From Thermoanaerobaculia bacterium (GTDB lineage: Bacteria > Acidobacteriota > Thermoanaerobaculia > Gp7-AA8), in the NCBI GenBank assembly GCA_036375075.1, contig DASUSN010000216.1, forward strand, positions 10,302 through 74,301: 64,000 bases of DNA. The letters run 5' to 3'. Positions 8,996-18,720 of the stretch are shown here, piece by piece (the first letter of the stretch is position 1; each line of letters begins with the position of its first letter). Made by a program: the position numbers and the translations under genes. The notes beneath the pieces were generated by a model. It did no database searches. It saw only the letters and a list, made by a program, of their open reading frames with translations, and had not been told where the DNA came from.

Positions 8996-10231
8996 CTAAA
9001 GGACACCGTCGGGACGCACGCGCAGGAAGAACGTGCAGGCCTTGCCGGTCTTGGACTCGACCCATACAGAACCCGCGTGCGCGACCGCGAATTCGCGCGT
9101 CCGGAACAACCCGCGGCCGGTGCGGTCGGGCGACGAAGGGTTCCACGTGAACGACGGCTCGAAGATCGCCTGCCGCAGCGGCTCGGGGACCATCGCACCG
9201 TTGTCCATGACGAAGAACAGCAGCAGCGGCTTGCCCTTGTGCTCCATCCAGCGGACGCCGATGACCACCTGCCCGCTGGCGGGCACGTAGTGCAGCGCGT
9301 TCTCCATCAGGATGGCGAGCGAGTCCGCGAGCTGCTCGTGATCTCCGAAGCGCTCCTCGAGCTCCTGGACGTCGATATCGAGGCGGATGCCTTTGAGGTC
9401 GGCATGGGCACGGAAGCGCTCGGCGACGCGACGGACGACCTCGGTCACGGTCGGCACCGGCCGCACGGCGAACGACGCTTCCTCGACTTCCGGAGCAAGC
9501 TCGAGCGACGACAGCACCTGGTCCAGCGACGACGTGGCGTCGGCGAGGAAATGATCGTTCTTCGAGCTCGCCGCGGCGTCGAGGGAGTCGCGCAGGGCCC
9601 GCAGAGGTCCGAAGACGGTCTCGCGGACGTACGTCACGAACGAGGCGTGGGCCTCGTTCATCGGATCGGTATGGCGGAAGACCAGCGCCGCGCCGCTCGC
9701 TCCGCCGGACATCGGCACGAGCGTGAAGATGAAGTTGCGGTTGCCGATGCGCACGCCGGCGCTCGTCGGGATCGATAGATCGCCGACGCGAATGCCGGTT
9801 TTCGCTTCGATGGCGGAAAGCTGGGAGAGCTCGGCCTGCGTCGCGTCGAAGAGCTTCTTCGCGTCGTCGGAGACGAACTTCACGCTGCGGTCCGGTCCGA
9901 CGAGGATCGACGCGCCGCCGGCGGCGACGAGCAGGTTCACGACACTGGTGATCGCGGGCGATGCGGATTCGACCGGGAACTGGACGACGGGCGCCTTCGG
10001 GAACGGGTCCTCGGCGTGCGCCGAGACGATGACGGCCTGACGGCCGGAGTCTCCGCGCGATGAAGTAGGGGCCGGTGCCGGCGGCGCCTGCACGGGCGGC
10101 GGCTCTGCGACCGGTGGCTTCGTCTCCGCCATCTGCTGCGCCGGACCGCTCTTCCTGCGCGGCTTGTCGCATTTGCCGCAGAGGATGCCCTCCGTCACCT
10201 CACCGCCGCACATGAAGCATTTGCGCGCCAT
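8996..10231 (-). CDS. Histidine-kinase-like ATPase (HATPase_c) protein with N-terminal C4 zinc ribbon and Pro-rich linker; no sensor TM and no cognate response regulator nearby
   Basis: N-term CFMCGGEVTEGILCGKCDKP. C-term N-box/G-boxes: ENALHYVP, VMDNGAMVPEP, GRGLFRTREFAVAHAGSVWVES. Putative H-box around NEAHASFVTYVRE. Confidence 0.6.
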   Translation of the reverse strand: MARKCFMCGGEVTEGILCGKCDKPRRKSGPAQQMAETKPPVAEPPPVQAPPAPAPTSSRGDSGRQAVIVSAHAEDPFPKAPVVQFPVESASPAITSVVNLLVAAGGASILVGPDRSVKFVSDDAKKLFDATQAELSQLSAIEAKTGIRVGDLSIPTSAGVRIGNRNFIFTLVPMSGGASGAALVFRHTDPMNEAHASFVTYVRETVFGPLRALRDSLDAAASSKNDHFLADATSSLDQVLSSLELAPEVEEASFAVRPVPTVTEVVRRVAERFRAHADLKGIRLDIDVQELEERFGDHEQLADSLAILMENALHYVPASGQVVIGVRWMEHKGKPLLLFFVMDNGAMVPEPLRQAIFEPSFTWNPSSPDRTGRGLFRTREFAVAHAGSVWVESKTGKACTFFLRVRPDGVL

Positions 10232-10288
10232 AGGACCGTCGAGTGTACGTCAACTGAGGTAGAGTCTGCCCGATTTTGGCCCGAGAGG

Positions 10289-10392
10289 CAGGGGACAGGG
10301 GACAGGGCGCAGGGCGCAGAAGACCGCCGCACTCCCACGTCGTGGGCAAGGCGGGGGCCTTCTGTCCCCTGCGCCCTGCGCCCTGCCCCCTG
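10289..10392. repeat. Inverted arrays of 7-bp tandem units (GGGGACA/GGGCGCA x4 versus their complements x4) around a 36-bp spacer in the divergent promoter region between the HK-like gene and hbd
   Basis: caggggacaggggacagggcgcagggcgcagaag ... cttctgtcccctgcgccctgcgccctgccccctg. Confidence 0.55.
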
Positions 10393-10425
10393 ATTTCCCG
10401 GGGACCTTCTCAGGAGCGAAACGAA

Positions 10426-11274
10426 ATGAAAAACATCGTCGTGATCGGCGGCGGCACCATGGGCAACGGCATCGCCCACACGGCCGCGGCCAGCGGCTTC
10501 GAAGTCACGCTCGTCGACGTCAACGAGGCGATTCTCCAGCGCGCGGTCTCCACGATCACTGCAAACCTGCAGCGCGGCGTGGACAAGGGAAAGATGACGG
10601 CGGAGGAGCGCGACGCGGTCGTGGGGCGCATCCGCACGAACACCGAGCTCCCGTCGATCGCCGACGCGGACATCGTCATCGAGGCGATCATCGAGAAGCT
10701 CGAGGCCAAAACGGACCTCTTCGCGAAGCTCGACTCGATCACGAAGCCGGAGTGCATCCTGGCGTCGAACACCTCGTCGATCTCCATCACCAAGATCGCG
10801 GCGGCCACGCAACGTCCGGACAAGGTCATCGGCATGCATTTCATGAATCCGGTGCCGGTGATGACGCTCGTGGAGGTAATCCGCGGCATCGCCACCTCGG
10901 ACGAGACGTGGGTGAAGGTCGAAGACCTCGCCAAGCGCATGGGCAAGACGGCGATCGAGGTGAACGACTATCCCGGCTTCATCTCCAACCGCGTGCTGAT
11001 GCCGATGATCAACGAAGCGATCTTCTCGTTGTACGAAGGCGTGGCCACGCGCGAGGCGATCGACGGCGTGATGAAGCTGGGCATGAATCACCCGATGGGA
11101 CCGCTCACGCTGGCGGACTTCATCGGCCTCGACGTCTGCCTCGCCATCCTGCGCGTGCTGGAGCAGGGATTCGGCGATCCCAAATACCGGCCGTGCCCGC
11201 TCCTCGTCAAAATGGTCGATGCCGGATGGCTTGGCCGCAAGAGCGGCCGCGGCTTCTACGATTACCGTAAATAA
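10426..11274 (+). CDS. hbd: 3-hydroxybutyryl-CoA (3-hydroxyacyl-CoA) dehydrogenase
   Basis: MKNIVVIGGGTMGNGIAHTAAASGFEVTLVD (NAD Rossmann) and conserved C-terminal 3HCDH domain. AGGAG RBS 8 nt upstream of ATG 10426. Confidence 0.85.
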   Translation: MKNIVVIGGGTMGNGIAHTAAASGFEVTLVDVNEAILQRAVSTITANLQRGVDKGKMTAEERDAVVGRIRTNTELPSIADADIVIEAIIEKLEAKTDLFAKLDSITKPECILASNTSSISITKIAAATQRPDKVIGMHFMNPVPVMTLVEVIRGIATSDETWVKVEDLAKRMGKTAIEVNDYPGFISNRVLMPMINEAIFSLYEGVATREAIDGVMKLGMNHPMGPLTLADFIGLDVCLAILRVLEQGFGDPKYRPCPLLVKMVDAGWLGRKSGRGFYDYRK

Positions 11275-11334
11275 AGTGTGACCCGAACCGCAATTGGCCT
11301 CAGCGCCTTTGTGTTCTAATCCGCCGAAACCACC

Positions 11335-13188
11335 ATGCTCTGTCAGACCTGCAGCGCGTACAACGACGACGAGCGGGAGTTCTGCTTCCGCTGTCAGAAC
11401 AAGCTCCTCGTCCTCTCCGGTGTCAACGCCTTCGAGGAAGACGAGCTCGAAGACTACGAAGAAGAGGAAGACCTCTCTCTCGACGAGCACCTGCTCGAGC
11501 GGGTGAGCGCCCTCGAAGAGATCGTGAAGCGGTCCGCGGAGACGATCCGTTCGCTCGTCGACGCGGTGCAGAAGCACGAGCGCGCGATCTTCGTCAACCA
11601 GACCGGCCTGCTGTCGGTCAAAGAGATCCTCGAGAAGAAGAACGTCGTCACGAGCGACGAAGTGGTCGAGCTCTGGGAATCGAAGATGGGCGAGCAGATG
11701 CTCGCCCTGGAAAAGAAGCAGCGCTTCACCGAGCGGAAGGACCGCATGGTGTCGCTGTTCCGCGGCGAGAAGCGCGAGCGGTTCCTGATCCTCGTCGCCG
11801 ATTCCGAAGCGGCGTTCGACGGCTTCGATCCCGATCGCGGGATGAAGCACCTCGAAGAAGCGTTCCGACTCGACCGCGACAACTACGAGCTCTCGTTCTT
11901 CCTCGGTGAGATGTTCTTCAACGACGGCAATCTCGACCGCGCGAAGGCGTATCTCGAGCGCACGCTGGAGGTGCAACCCGACCACTTCGACGCCGCGGTC
12001 TTCTACGGCGTGCTGCTGCACGAGCAGCAGGACCTGAAGGGCGCCGAGCGCTGGCTGCGCCGCGCCATCCAGATCTCGCAGGAGTCGTTCCTCCCGTACT
12101 TCTCCCTGGGCGCGATCTACGCGCGGAAGGGGAAGCTGCTCCGCGCCCAGAAGTTCCTCGAGAAGGCCATCCAGCTCGAGGCGATTCCGCAGGCGTACTT
12201 CCTGCTCGGAACGATCTTCTACGAGAAGGGCCAGCTCGAGCGGGCCATCCGCTCGTTTCAGGCGGCGCTGAAGCTCGATCCCGACTACGAGGAAGCGATC
12301 TACCACCTCGGCCTCTGCTATCTCGACCGCAACTGGAACCGCAAGGCGATCGAGTGCTTCCAGGAAGCCCTGGAGCTCAATCCGAACAAGATGGAGTACC
12401 AGCAGGCGGTCAAGATCTACGAGGGCATCTCCGGCCACATGCCGGTCGAGGGACCGGCCGCGCAGGCGATGACCGAGGCGGAGTCGCTGACGAGCGACGG
12501 GCAGTACGCCGAAGCGCTCGATCACTACCGCCGCGCCTCGGAGGTCGAGCCGGACAACGTGAACGTGCTGCTGCCGTACGCGCTGCTCTGCTCGCACCTG
12601 GACATGAACTCCGAGGCCATCGCGGTGGCGCGGCGGATCCTGAAGCACCGGCCGGCGGAAGTCGTCGCCGCGGCAGCGTACACGACGCTCGTCGAGGCGC
12701 TGCGCGCGGAAGGCAACTTCAAGGAAGCCAACAAGGTCCTCGAGGACATGCTGCGCGACTACACCTCGAACTACGCGAAGTCGATCGCGTACTACGAGAA
12801 GGCGTACAACCTCGCGGAGATGGAGGAGAACCTCGACGAGGCGCTGGAGAGCGCGCAGCTCGCCCTCCGCTACTCGCCGAAGGAGCTCCGCCAGTTCCCG
12901 CTCGCGGCTCTCGGCTGGGTGTACTTCAAGCGCCGCGACTTCAAGAGCGCCGTCGACTTCCTGACGAAGTCCGCGGACCTCGGGCCGACCCCCACGAACC
13001 TGATGCACCTCGGCATGGCGCTGCTGGAGAACGGCGAGAAGGACCGCGCCCGGCAGGTGTTCCGCCGCGCGAAGAGCTTCAAGACCAAGGGCGCCGGACT
13101 GGAGGAGAAGATCCTCGAGCAGGTGCGCAGCGCAACGAAGCTCATCGACCGCCTGCACCAGCGGCGCCGCAAAGTCGCGAAGACCTAG
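11335..13188 (+). CDS. TPR-repeat protein with N-terminal zinc ribbon
   Basis: 617 aa. CQTCSAYNDDEREFCFRCQ at the N-terminus, then acidic stretch, coiled region, then many TPR units (AIYHLGLCYLDRNWNRKAIECFQEALELNP etc.). Confidence 0.6.
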   Translation: MLCQTCSAYNDDEREFCFRCQNKLLVLSGVNAFEEDELEDYEEEEDLSLDEHLLERVSALEEIVKRSAETIRSLVDAVQKHERAIFVNQTGLLSVKEILEKKNVVTSDEVVELWESKMGEQMLALEKKQRFTERKDRMVSLFRGEKRERFLILVADSEAAFDGFDPDRGMKHLEEAFRLDRDNYELSFFLGEMFFNDGNLDRAKAYLERTLEVQPDHFDAAVFYGVLLHEQQDLKGAERWLRRAIQISQESFLPYFSLGAIYARKGKLLRAQKFLEKAIQLEAIPQAYFLLGTIFYEKGQLERAIRSFQAALKLDPDYEEAIYHLGLCYLDRNWNRKAIECFQEALELNPNKMEYQQAVKIYEGISGHMPVEGPAAQAMTEAESLTSDGQYAEALDHYRRASEVEPDNVNVLLPYALLCSHLDMNSEAIAVARRILKHRPAEVVAAAAYTTLVEALRAEGNFKEANKVLEDMLRDYTSNYAKSIAYYEKAYNLAEMEENLDEALESAQLALRYSPKELRQFPLAALGWVYFKRRDFKSAVDFLTKSADLGPTPTNLMHLGMALLENGEKDRARQVFRRAKSFKTKGAGLEEKILEQVRSATKLIDRLHQRRRKVAKT

Positions 13189-13192
13189 CGTC

Positions 13193-16186
13193 TCAGCGCA
13201 CCGCGCGGCGGCGGATCGGGGTGCGGGTGCCGCGCAGCTTCATCGTCGGATCGCCGAAGAGGAGCAGCGTCCGGCGGACGTCGGGGTCCGCCGTCGCGCG
13301 TTGGGCGGCGATCGTCGCCTGGCCGAGGGTCCGGCCGGAGCTCAAGGTGGCGAGGAGCGCTTCGTTCGCGGGCACCTGGCCGCTCGTCTCGGTGAGAGTC
13401 GAGAGCGCCCACACCGCAGCCGCGCCGCCGTCCTCGTTGCGCAGCAGCGCCTCGGCCAGCGACTCCTGCGCGAGGTCGTGGAAGTAGCCGTTGAGGCATG
13501 TCATCGCGATCACCAGCGGCAGAGGTGCGCCGTCGCCCGCGGACGCCGCGTCGGCTCGCGCGAAGAAGCCGGCGCTCTCCCACATCTCCACCGAGCCGTG
13601 TCCGACGAAGTCGATGATGCCCGCGCCGTTCGACCACGTCTGCAGCAGGTTCTGGCGTGCGGCAACGACCCCCTCGGCATCGACGTCGATGTGTGCCGTC
13701 GTCAGCGCGGAGCGATGCCCCTCGAAGGCTCCGCTGCCGCTGACGAACACCACGTCGCCCGTGGCCGCATCGCCGGTCTCGTACGCCACGATCTTCGCCA
13801 CCATCGCCTGCAGCTCGCCGCTCGTGCGCGCCGGCAGGCGGCCGATGGCGATGTCGGCGATACCGTCGTCGTCGAAGTCGGTGAACCATGCATCCGAGGG
13901 CGTGCGCTGCAGCGCGGTGTCGACGAGCTTCACCGGGATGACGTCCGCCGCCCCGCCGCCGACATGGTCCCGCGGATCGTACGAGCCGTCGCCGGCGAGC
14001 AGGATGGCGCGCGGGCGCGTGACGCTTGCAAAGGCACGGATCGCCGCGGGGTCCTTCGCGCCGAAGCTGAACTCGTCGTAGATCTCCTCGACCGCCAGCA
14101 GCGCGGCGTCCTCGCGCCGTGCGGCGAGCGGCGCGAGCGCCTGCAGCATCGCCCGCGGAGCGACGATCGCGAACGCGCCGTGCTTCAGCGCGTGCACCAT
14201 GGTCGGAAGGTTCTGCTCCACACCCGCCGGCGCGAGTACCTTCGCTGCGACAGCGACCGTGCGCACACCGGGGCCGCGCACGTCGACGACGTCGGCCGCG
14301 GCCGCGAGCTGCCGCGGCGCCTCAGGGTCGGTGATGTCGAATGCCACGAGCTGCTTGCCGCCGGCACCGCCGAGGCGGACGCGGGTTCCGCCGGGGGCGG
14401 TGAAGAGCAGCGCGCCGTCCGCGAGGACGTACTTGCGCGCATACGTCACGCGCACCGCTTCGACCGCGCTCACATCCTCGGAGCCGTTCTGCGCCAGGAG
14501 CACGACCTCGTTTGCGCCGTCGCGCAGCCATGCGGTGTCGACCGTGAACGTCGCGTGCTGCCGCGCCTGTCCTTCGAAATCGATCGTGCCCGCGGCGTGG
14601 CCGTTGAGCGTCACCGCGATCCGATGCGCTCCGAGGGTGGCGCCCTGCACCGTCAGTGCGAGCTCCGCCGTCGCCGCGGAGCGATCCACATCCGCGAGAC
14701 GCACCGTCTGCTTCGCGGGCAAGGCAGGGTCGTTCGTGATCACGGGACCGAAGAAGCCGTCGCCGTCCTCGCTCTGCAGCGTGGCGGCGAAGATCGACTT
14801 CTCGCGCAGCTCCACGGTCGCAAGGAAGCCGCTGGCGTCGTGCATCGGTGCGGCCGACATCGGCTCCGCGACGGTCCGCGCACCGCGGCCTTGCTGCCAC
14901 GTCAGCCAGTACACACGCGTGCCGCTGGCGGGCGTGTCGAGCGGCGTTCCATAGAAGCGAATGGCCGTCGGCGTGACCACGATCGGGAGCTCACGCCCTT
15001 CTTCCCACAGCCGCAGCGCGTCACGATCGGCGCCGGCGGGAATCGGCAGCTCGTGAATGCCGGGCGTGGTGACGGCGATCTTCAGCGCCTCGTGCGCGGC
15101 GAGCTCGAAGTTGTACCCCGCCGCCGGAGCGGCGGCGTTCGCGCGCAACCGCTCGCGCGTGAAGCCGCGCTTCACACCGGAGCGCTGCGCGAGCTCGCTC
15201 AGCTTCGGGGCAGGAACCGTCGTCTCCGCGATCCGTCCGGACGCGGGCGCGATCGGCCCGTGCCATTCGCGCGCGCCGCGGAGATCGATCTCCTCGATCC
15301 AGTACTCGTCCGCCGCGGCGTCATCGAGCCAGCGATAGGTGCTGCCGGTGGAAGACGCAGCATTGACGAAGAAGGTCGAGCCGGCGATCGGCTGGGGCGT
15401 GATGCAGACACGCTCCCCGTTCGAAACACGCCACACCCGGTATCCCAGGTTGCCAACGGCGCGGCCGGTGGTCCAGGTGACGAGCGTGCTGCCGCCGTCG
15501 CGGATTGCGCCCATCGAGTCCATCTCCACCGCCGTCGGCGCCAGCGTGGACGCGTAGAAGGTGTCGGCAAAGCTGTCGTCCTTCGTCCGCACCTGCAGGC
15601 CGAGGCCTGCGCGGCCGGCGGCGGTGATGGTGTTGTCGGTGACGGTGGCGACGAGGGTGCCGTTGATGCTCAGGCGCTTCGACGCGTCCGTGACGGAGAA
15701 GACGATCTCGTTGTCGCTGGCGAGGCCGACGTTCAGCGCCGTCGTCGTGCCCGAGGCGAGCACCGTCGGCACGCCGCTCACATAGCGGATGATGGCGTAC
15801 GACGACTGTGCGTTGACGTACGCGACGTAGCCGTTCCCGCCCGTGATCCGCGCCAGCAGCTCGACGTAGTTGTCGGCATTGGCGGAGATGAACGAGGCCG
15901 TGATGCCGACCGTGTACTCGGCGGACGGCGGCACGGCGGCGTTCGTGTAGCGGTCGGTGCCGTTCGTCTTGTCCGGGGTGATCTCGCCGCCCTGCAGCCG
16001 CAGCCCCTGCCCCTGGATGCGCGTCCAGGCGCCGCCGGTATCGGGCGCGTGGCTCTCGAGAAAAGTGCCGTTGGTGCCCGTGAACGCGTCGCGCACAAAC
16101 TCCGTCTGTGCCTGCAGGGAGACTGCAGACAGAAGGAGACACAGCAGTCGGGCGATCTTCTGGAGCACAAGCGGACCCTGCCGCAA
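13193..16186 (-). CDS. Secreted peptidase C25 (gingipain) family protein with large N-terminal lectin/LamG-like and beta-rich domains
   Basis: Signal peptide MRQGPLVLQKIARLLCLLLSAVSLQAQ. Catalytic-dyad context IDFVGHGSVEMWES ... VIAMTCLNGYF. C25 landmarks IAIGRLPARTS and LLFGDPTMKL. Confidence 0.7.
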   Translation of the reverse strand: MRQGPLVLQKIARLLCLLLSAVSLQAQTEFVRDAFTGTNGTFLESHAPDTGGAWTRIQGQGLRLQGGEITPDKTNGTDRYTNAAVPPSAEYTVGITASFISANADNYVELLARITGGNGYVAYVNAQSSYAIIRYVSGVPTVLASGTTTALNVGLASDNEIVFSVTDASKRLSINGTLVATVTDNTITAAGRAGLGLQVRTKDDSFADTFYASTLAPTAVEMDSMGAIRDGGSTLVTWTTGRAVGNLGYRVWRVSNGERVCITPQPIAGSTFFVNAASSTGSTYRWLDDAAADEYWIEEIDLRGAREWHGPIAPASGRIAETTVPAPKLSELAQRSGVKRGFTRERLRANAAAPAAGYNFELAAHEALKIAVTTPGIHELPIPAGADRDALRLWEEGRELPIVVTPTAIRFYGTPLDTPASGTRVYWLTWQQGRGARTVAEPMSAAPMHDASGFLATVELREKSIFAATLQSEDGDGFFGPVITNDPALPAKQTVRLADVDRSAATAELALTVQGATLGAHRIAVTLNGHAAGTIDFEGQARQHATFTVDTAWLRDGANEVVLLAQNGSEDVSAVEAVRVTYARKYVLADGALLFTAPGGTRVRLGGAGGKQLVAFDITDPEAPRQLAAAADVVDVRGPGVRTVAVAAKVLAPAGVEQNLPTMVHALKHGAFAIVAPRAMLQALAPLAARREDAALLAVEEIYDEFSFGAKDPAAIRAFASVTRPRAILLAGDGSYDPRDHVGGGAADVIPVKLVDTALQRTPSDAWFTDFDDDGIADIAIGRLPARTSGELQAMVAKIVAYETGDAATGDVVFVSGSGAFEGHRSALTTAHIDVDAEGVVAARQNLLQTWSNGAGIIDFVGHGSVEMWESAGFFARADAASAGDGAPLPLVIAMTCLNGYFHDLAQESLAEALLRNEDGGAAAVWALSTLTETSGQVPANEALLATLSSGRTLGQATIAAQRATADPDVRRTLLLFGDPTMKLRGTRTPIRRRAVR

Positions 16187-16239
16187 TAACTACGGCCGGT
16201 CCGTGCAACATGTAGGCCGACGCTGATCTTCCGGGCCGG

Positions 16240-18594
16240 TCAGGCCCGTGTCAGCTTGGCAAACCGGGCGATGAACTTCTTCGTCCCGTGGCGCTCGAAA
16301 TAGACCGAGAGCTTCGCGTCCGGGCCGCTGCCTTCCATGGTCAGGATGGTGCCGACACCGAACATCTCGTGACGCACGCGCTGGCCCCGCGTGAGCTCCG
16401 CCGACGCCGGCGCCTCGGCCTGCTTCGCCGCGCGGATGGCCGAGGGGTCGAACTGCACCGGCGCGTTCTGAAAGAAGGACATCACGCCGTTGACGTTCGC
16501 GCTCGGCTTCGCCTGCGAAGCGCCGCCTTCCTGCCGGGCGGGCGGCCGCTGGCCTCCGGCCGGCGGACGCTGACCTCCAGCCGGCGGACGCGACGCCTGA
16601 TACGCCGCGGGACGTGCGGCCGGGTAGCGGCGGTCCGCCATCGGCCGCTCCTGCCACGACTGCGACGACGAATGCGCGCGCCCCAGCCGCACCTGCTCCC
16701 GCGCCCCTTCCGGGATCTCGGTGAGGAACGGCGACGGACTCTGCTCGCGGAACCTGCCGTGCACGCGGCGCTCGTACGCGTGCATGCAGTACAGCATCTC
16801 CCGCGCGCGGGTCATGCCGACGTAGCAGAGGCGGCGCTCTTCCTCCATGTCGTCCGTGCGCTCGAGGGACTGCGCGTGCGGCAGGATTCCCTCCTCCATG
16901 CCGACCAGGAAGACGACCTTGAACTCCAGCCCCTTCGCGGCGTGAAGCGTCATTAACGTCACGCCTTTTTGTGACTCATATTTATCCAGGTCCGACATCA
17001 GCGTCAGCGAGTCGAGCCAGTCCGCCAGCACGGCCTGCGGGTTCTGCTCCGTGTACTCGCGAGCGGAGTTGATCAATTCGTCCAGGTTCTCCAGGCGCGA
17101 CTCGTCCTGCAGGTCGCGCGACTCCTGCAGCATGCGCCGGTAGCCGGTGCGGACCAGGACGTAGTCGACGAGATCCGGGATCGGATTCGTCGACGCGCGG
17201 TTGAGGTCGTGCACGATCTCGCGGAACTCGCGCACCGCCTTCGCCGCGCGCGGCGGGAGGAACGCCAGGTCGCCCTCGATGATCGTCCAGAGCGACACGC
17301 TCTGCGCGGCGGCCTGCTCCGTGAGCGCGGTGACGGTCGTGTCGCCGATGCCGCGCGAGGGGACGTTGATCACGCGTTCGACCGACGGCGTGTCGTGCGG
17401 GCGGATGGACAGGCGTATGAAGGAGAGGATGTCCTTGATCTCTGCGCGCTCGTAGAACTTCACGCCGCCGACGACCGAGTACGGCAGGTTCGCGCGCAGC
17501 AGCTCTTCTTCGAAGGGCCGCGACTGCGCGTTCGTCCGGAACAGCACCGCGAAGTCGGTCAGCTTGTACCTGCCGCGGAGCGAGGAGATCTTCTCCAGCA
17601 CGAACTGCGCTTCCTCGCGGTCGTTGCTGCACGTCACCACGCGCACGGGGTCGCCTTTGCCGCCCTGCGTGAACAGCGTCTTGCCCTTGCGGGCGATGTT
17701 GTTCGAGACGACGCCCGTGGCCGCCTCGAGGATGTTCCCGGTGGAGCGGTAGTTCTGCTCCAGCTTGATGATTTTGGCTCCCGGAAAATCTTTCTCGAAA
17801 TTGAGGATGTTATTGATGTCAGCGCCGCGGAAGCGATAGATGCTCTGGTCCTCGTCGCCGACCGCGACGATGTTTCCCGCTTTCCCGGCCAGCAGCTTGA
17901 CCAGGACGTACTGGGCCTTGTTCGTGTCCTGGTATTCGTCGATCAGCAGGTGCTGGAAGCGGTCGTGGAGCTCGTTCCGCACGTCCTCGTGCTTCTCGAG
18001 CAGGAGCACGTAGTTGCCGATCAGATCGTCGAAGTCCATCGCGTCGTACTCGCGAAGGCGCTTCTGGTAGAGACGGTAGATCTCGGCCACGCGGGAGCCG
18101 AAGAAGTCGAGGTTCGTCTTCTCGTAGTCGACCGGGTTGATCAGCTCGTTCTTCGCATGCGAGATGCGGCTCAGGACCGAGCGCGGCGGGAAGGCGTCGT
18201 CGTTGACGTTGAGCTCCCGCATGCAGCGGCGGATGAGCGTGAGCTGATCCGAGGTGTCGTAGACGGCGAAGGACTTCGTGAAGCCGAGCCGGTCCGCGTA
18301 GCGGCGGAGCATCTTCAGCGAGGTCGAGTGGAAGGTGCCGATCCACGGGCGGTAGCCACCCGTGGGCGGGACGAGCTGGTCCACGCGATGGAGCATCTCC
18401 GCCGCGGCCTTGTTGGTGAACGTCACCGCCAGAATGTGCTGCGGACGGACCCGGAGCTCGCCCATGAGATAGGCAATGCGATACGTGATGACGCGGGTTT
18501 TTCCCGAGCCCGCGCCGGCCAGGACGAGCAGAGGGCCCGTGCCATGAGTGACGGCTTCGCGCTGCTGGGGATTGAGTCCGGAGAGGTCGATCAT
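16240..18594 (-). CDS. uvrD: ATP-dependent DNA helicase UvrD/PcrA
   Basis: LNPQQREAVTHGTGPLLVLAGAGSGKTRVITYRIAYL (motif I), the full UvrD motif set, and a C-terminal Tudor-like tail. Start taken at MIDLSGLNPQQ. Contains a short RPPAGGQ tandem repeat. Confidence 0.9.
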   Translation of the reverse strand: MIDLSGLNPQQREAVTHGTGPLLVLAGAGSGKTRVITYRIAYLMGELRVRPQHILAVTFTNKAAAEMLHRVDQLVPPTGGYRPWIGTFHSTSLKMLRRYADRLGFTKSFAVYDTSDQLTLIRRCMRELNVNDDAFPPRSVLSRISHAKNELINPVDYEKTNLDFFGSRVAEIYRLYQKRLREYDAMDFDDLIGNYVLLLEKHEDVRNELHDRFQHLLIDEYQDTNKAQYVLVKLLAGKAGNIVAVGDEDQSIYRFRGADINNILNFEKDFPGAKIIKLEQNYRSTGNILEAATGVVSNNIARKGKTLFTQGGKGDPVRVVTCSNDREEAQFVLEKISSLRGRYKLTDFAVLFRTNAQSRPFEEELLRANLPYSVVGGVKFYERAEIKDILSFIRLSIRPHDTPSVERVINVPSRGIGDTTVTALTEQAAAQSVSLWTIIEGDLAFLPPRAAKAVREFREIVHDLNRASTNPIPDLVDYVLVRTGYRRMLQESRDLQDESRLENLDELINSAREYTEQNPQAVLADWLDSLTLMSDLDKYESQKGVTLMTLHAAKGLEFKVVFLVGMEEGILPHAQSLERTDDMEEERRLCYVGMTRAREMLYCMHAYERRVHGRFREQSPSPFLTEIPEGAREQVRLGRAHSSSQSWQERPMADRRYPAARPAAYQASRPPAGGQRPPAGGQRPPARQEGGASQAKPSANVNGVMSFFQNAPVQFDPSAIRAAKQAEAPASAELTRGQRVRHEMFGVGTILTMEGSGPDAKLSVYFERHGTKKFIARFAKLTRA

Positions 18595-18720
18595 GAAGGT
18601 GCGGATGGTAACAGCCGATCGGACAGGGAACGCATCCCTTTGTGATGCTGTTGTGTCGGGAAACACGCGGTTTCGGGTTAGACTTCCGCCGCTTCGGTCC
18701 TGACTCCTGGAGGCATCATC

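Noticed and set aside
10195-16189. 987-aa (-) ORF 10195..13158 and 962-aa (+) ORF 13301..16189
   Set aside because: Antisense or frame-shifted shadows of hbd, the TPR gene and the C25 peptidase gene. Low-complexity R/A/G/D composition with no domain signatures.
16240-18666. Mobile-element, integrase or transposase genes near the islands and repeats
   Set aside because: No ORF in the window shows integrase (R..H..R..Y), DDE transposase or recombinase signatures. The islands and MITE-like element therefore have no cis-encoded mobility gene here.
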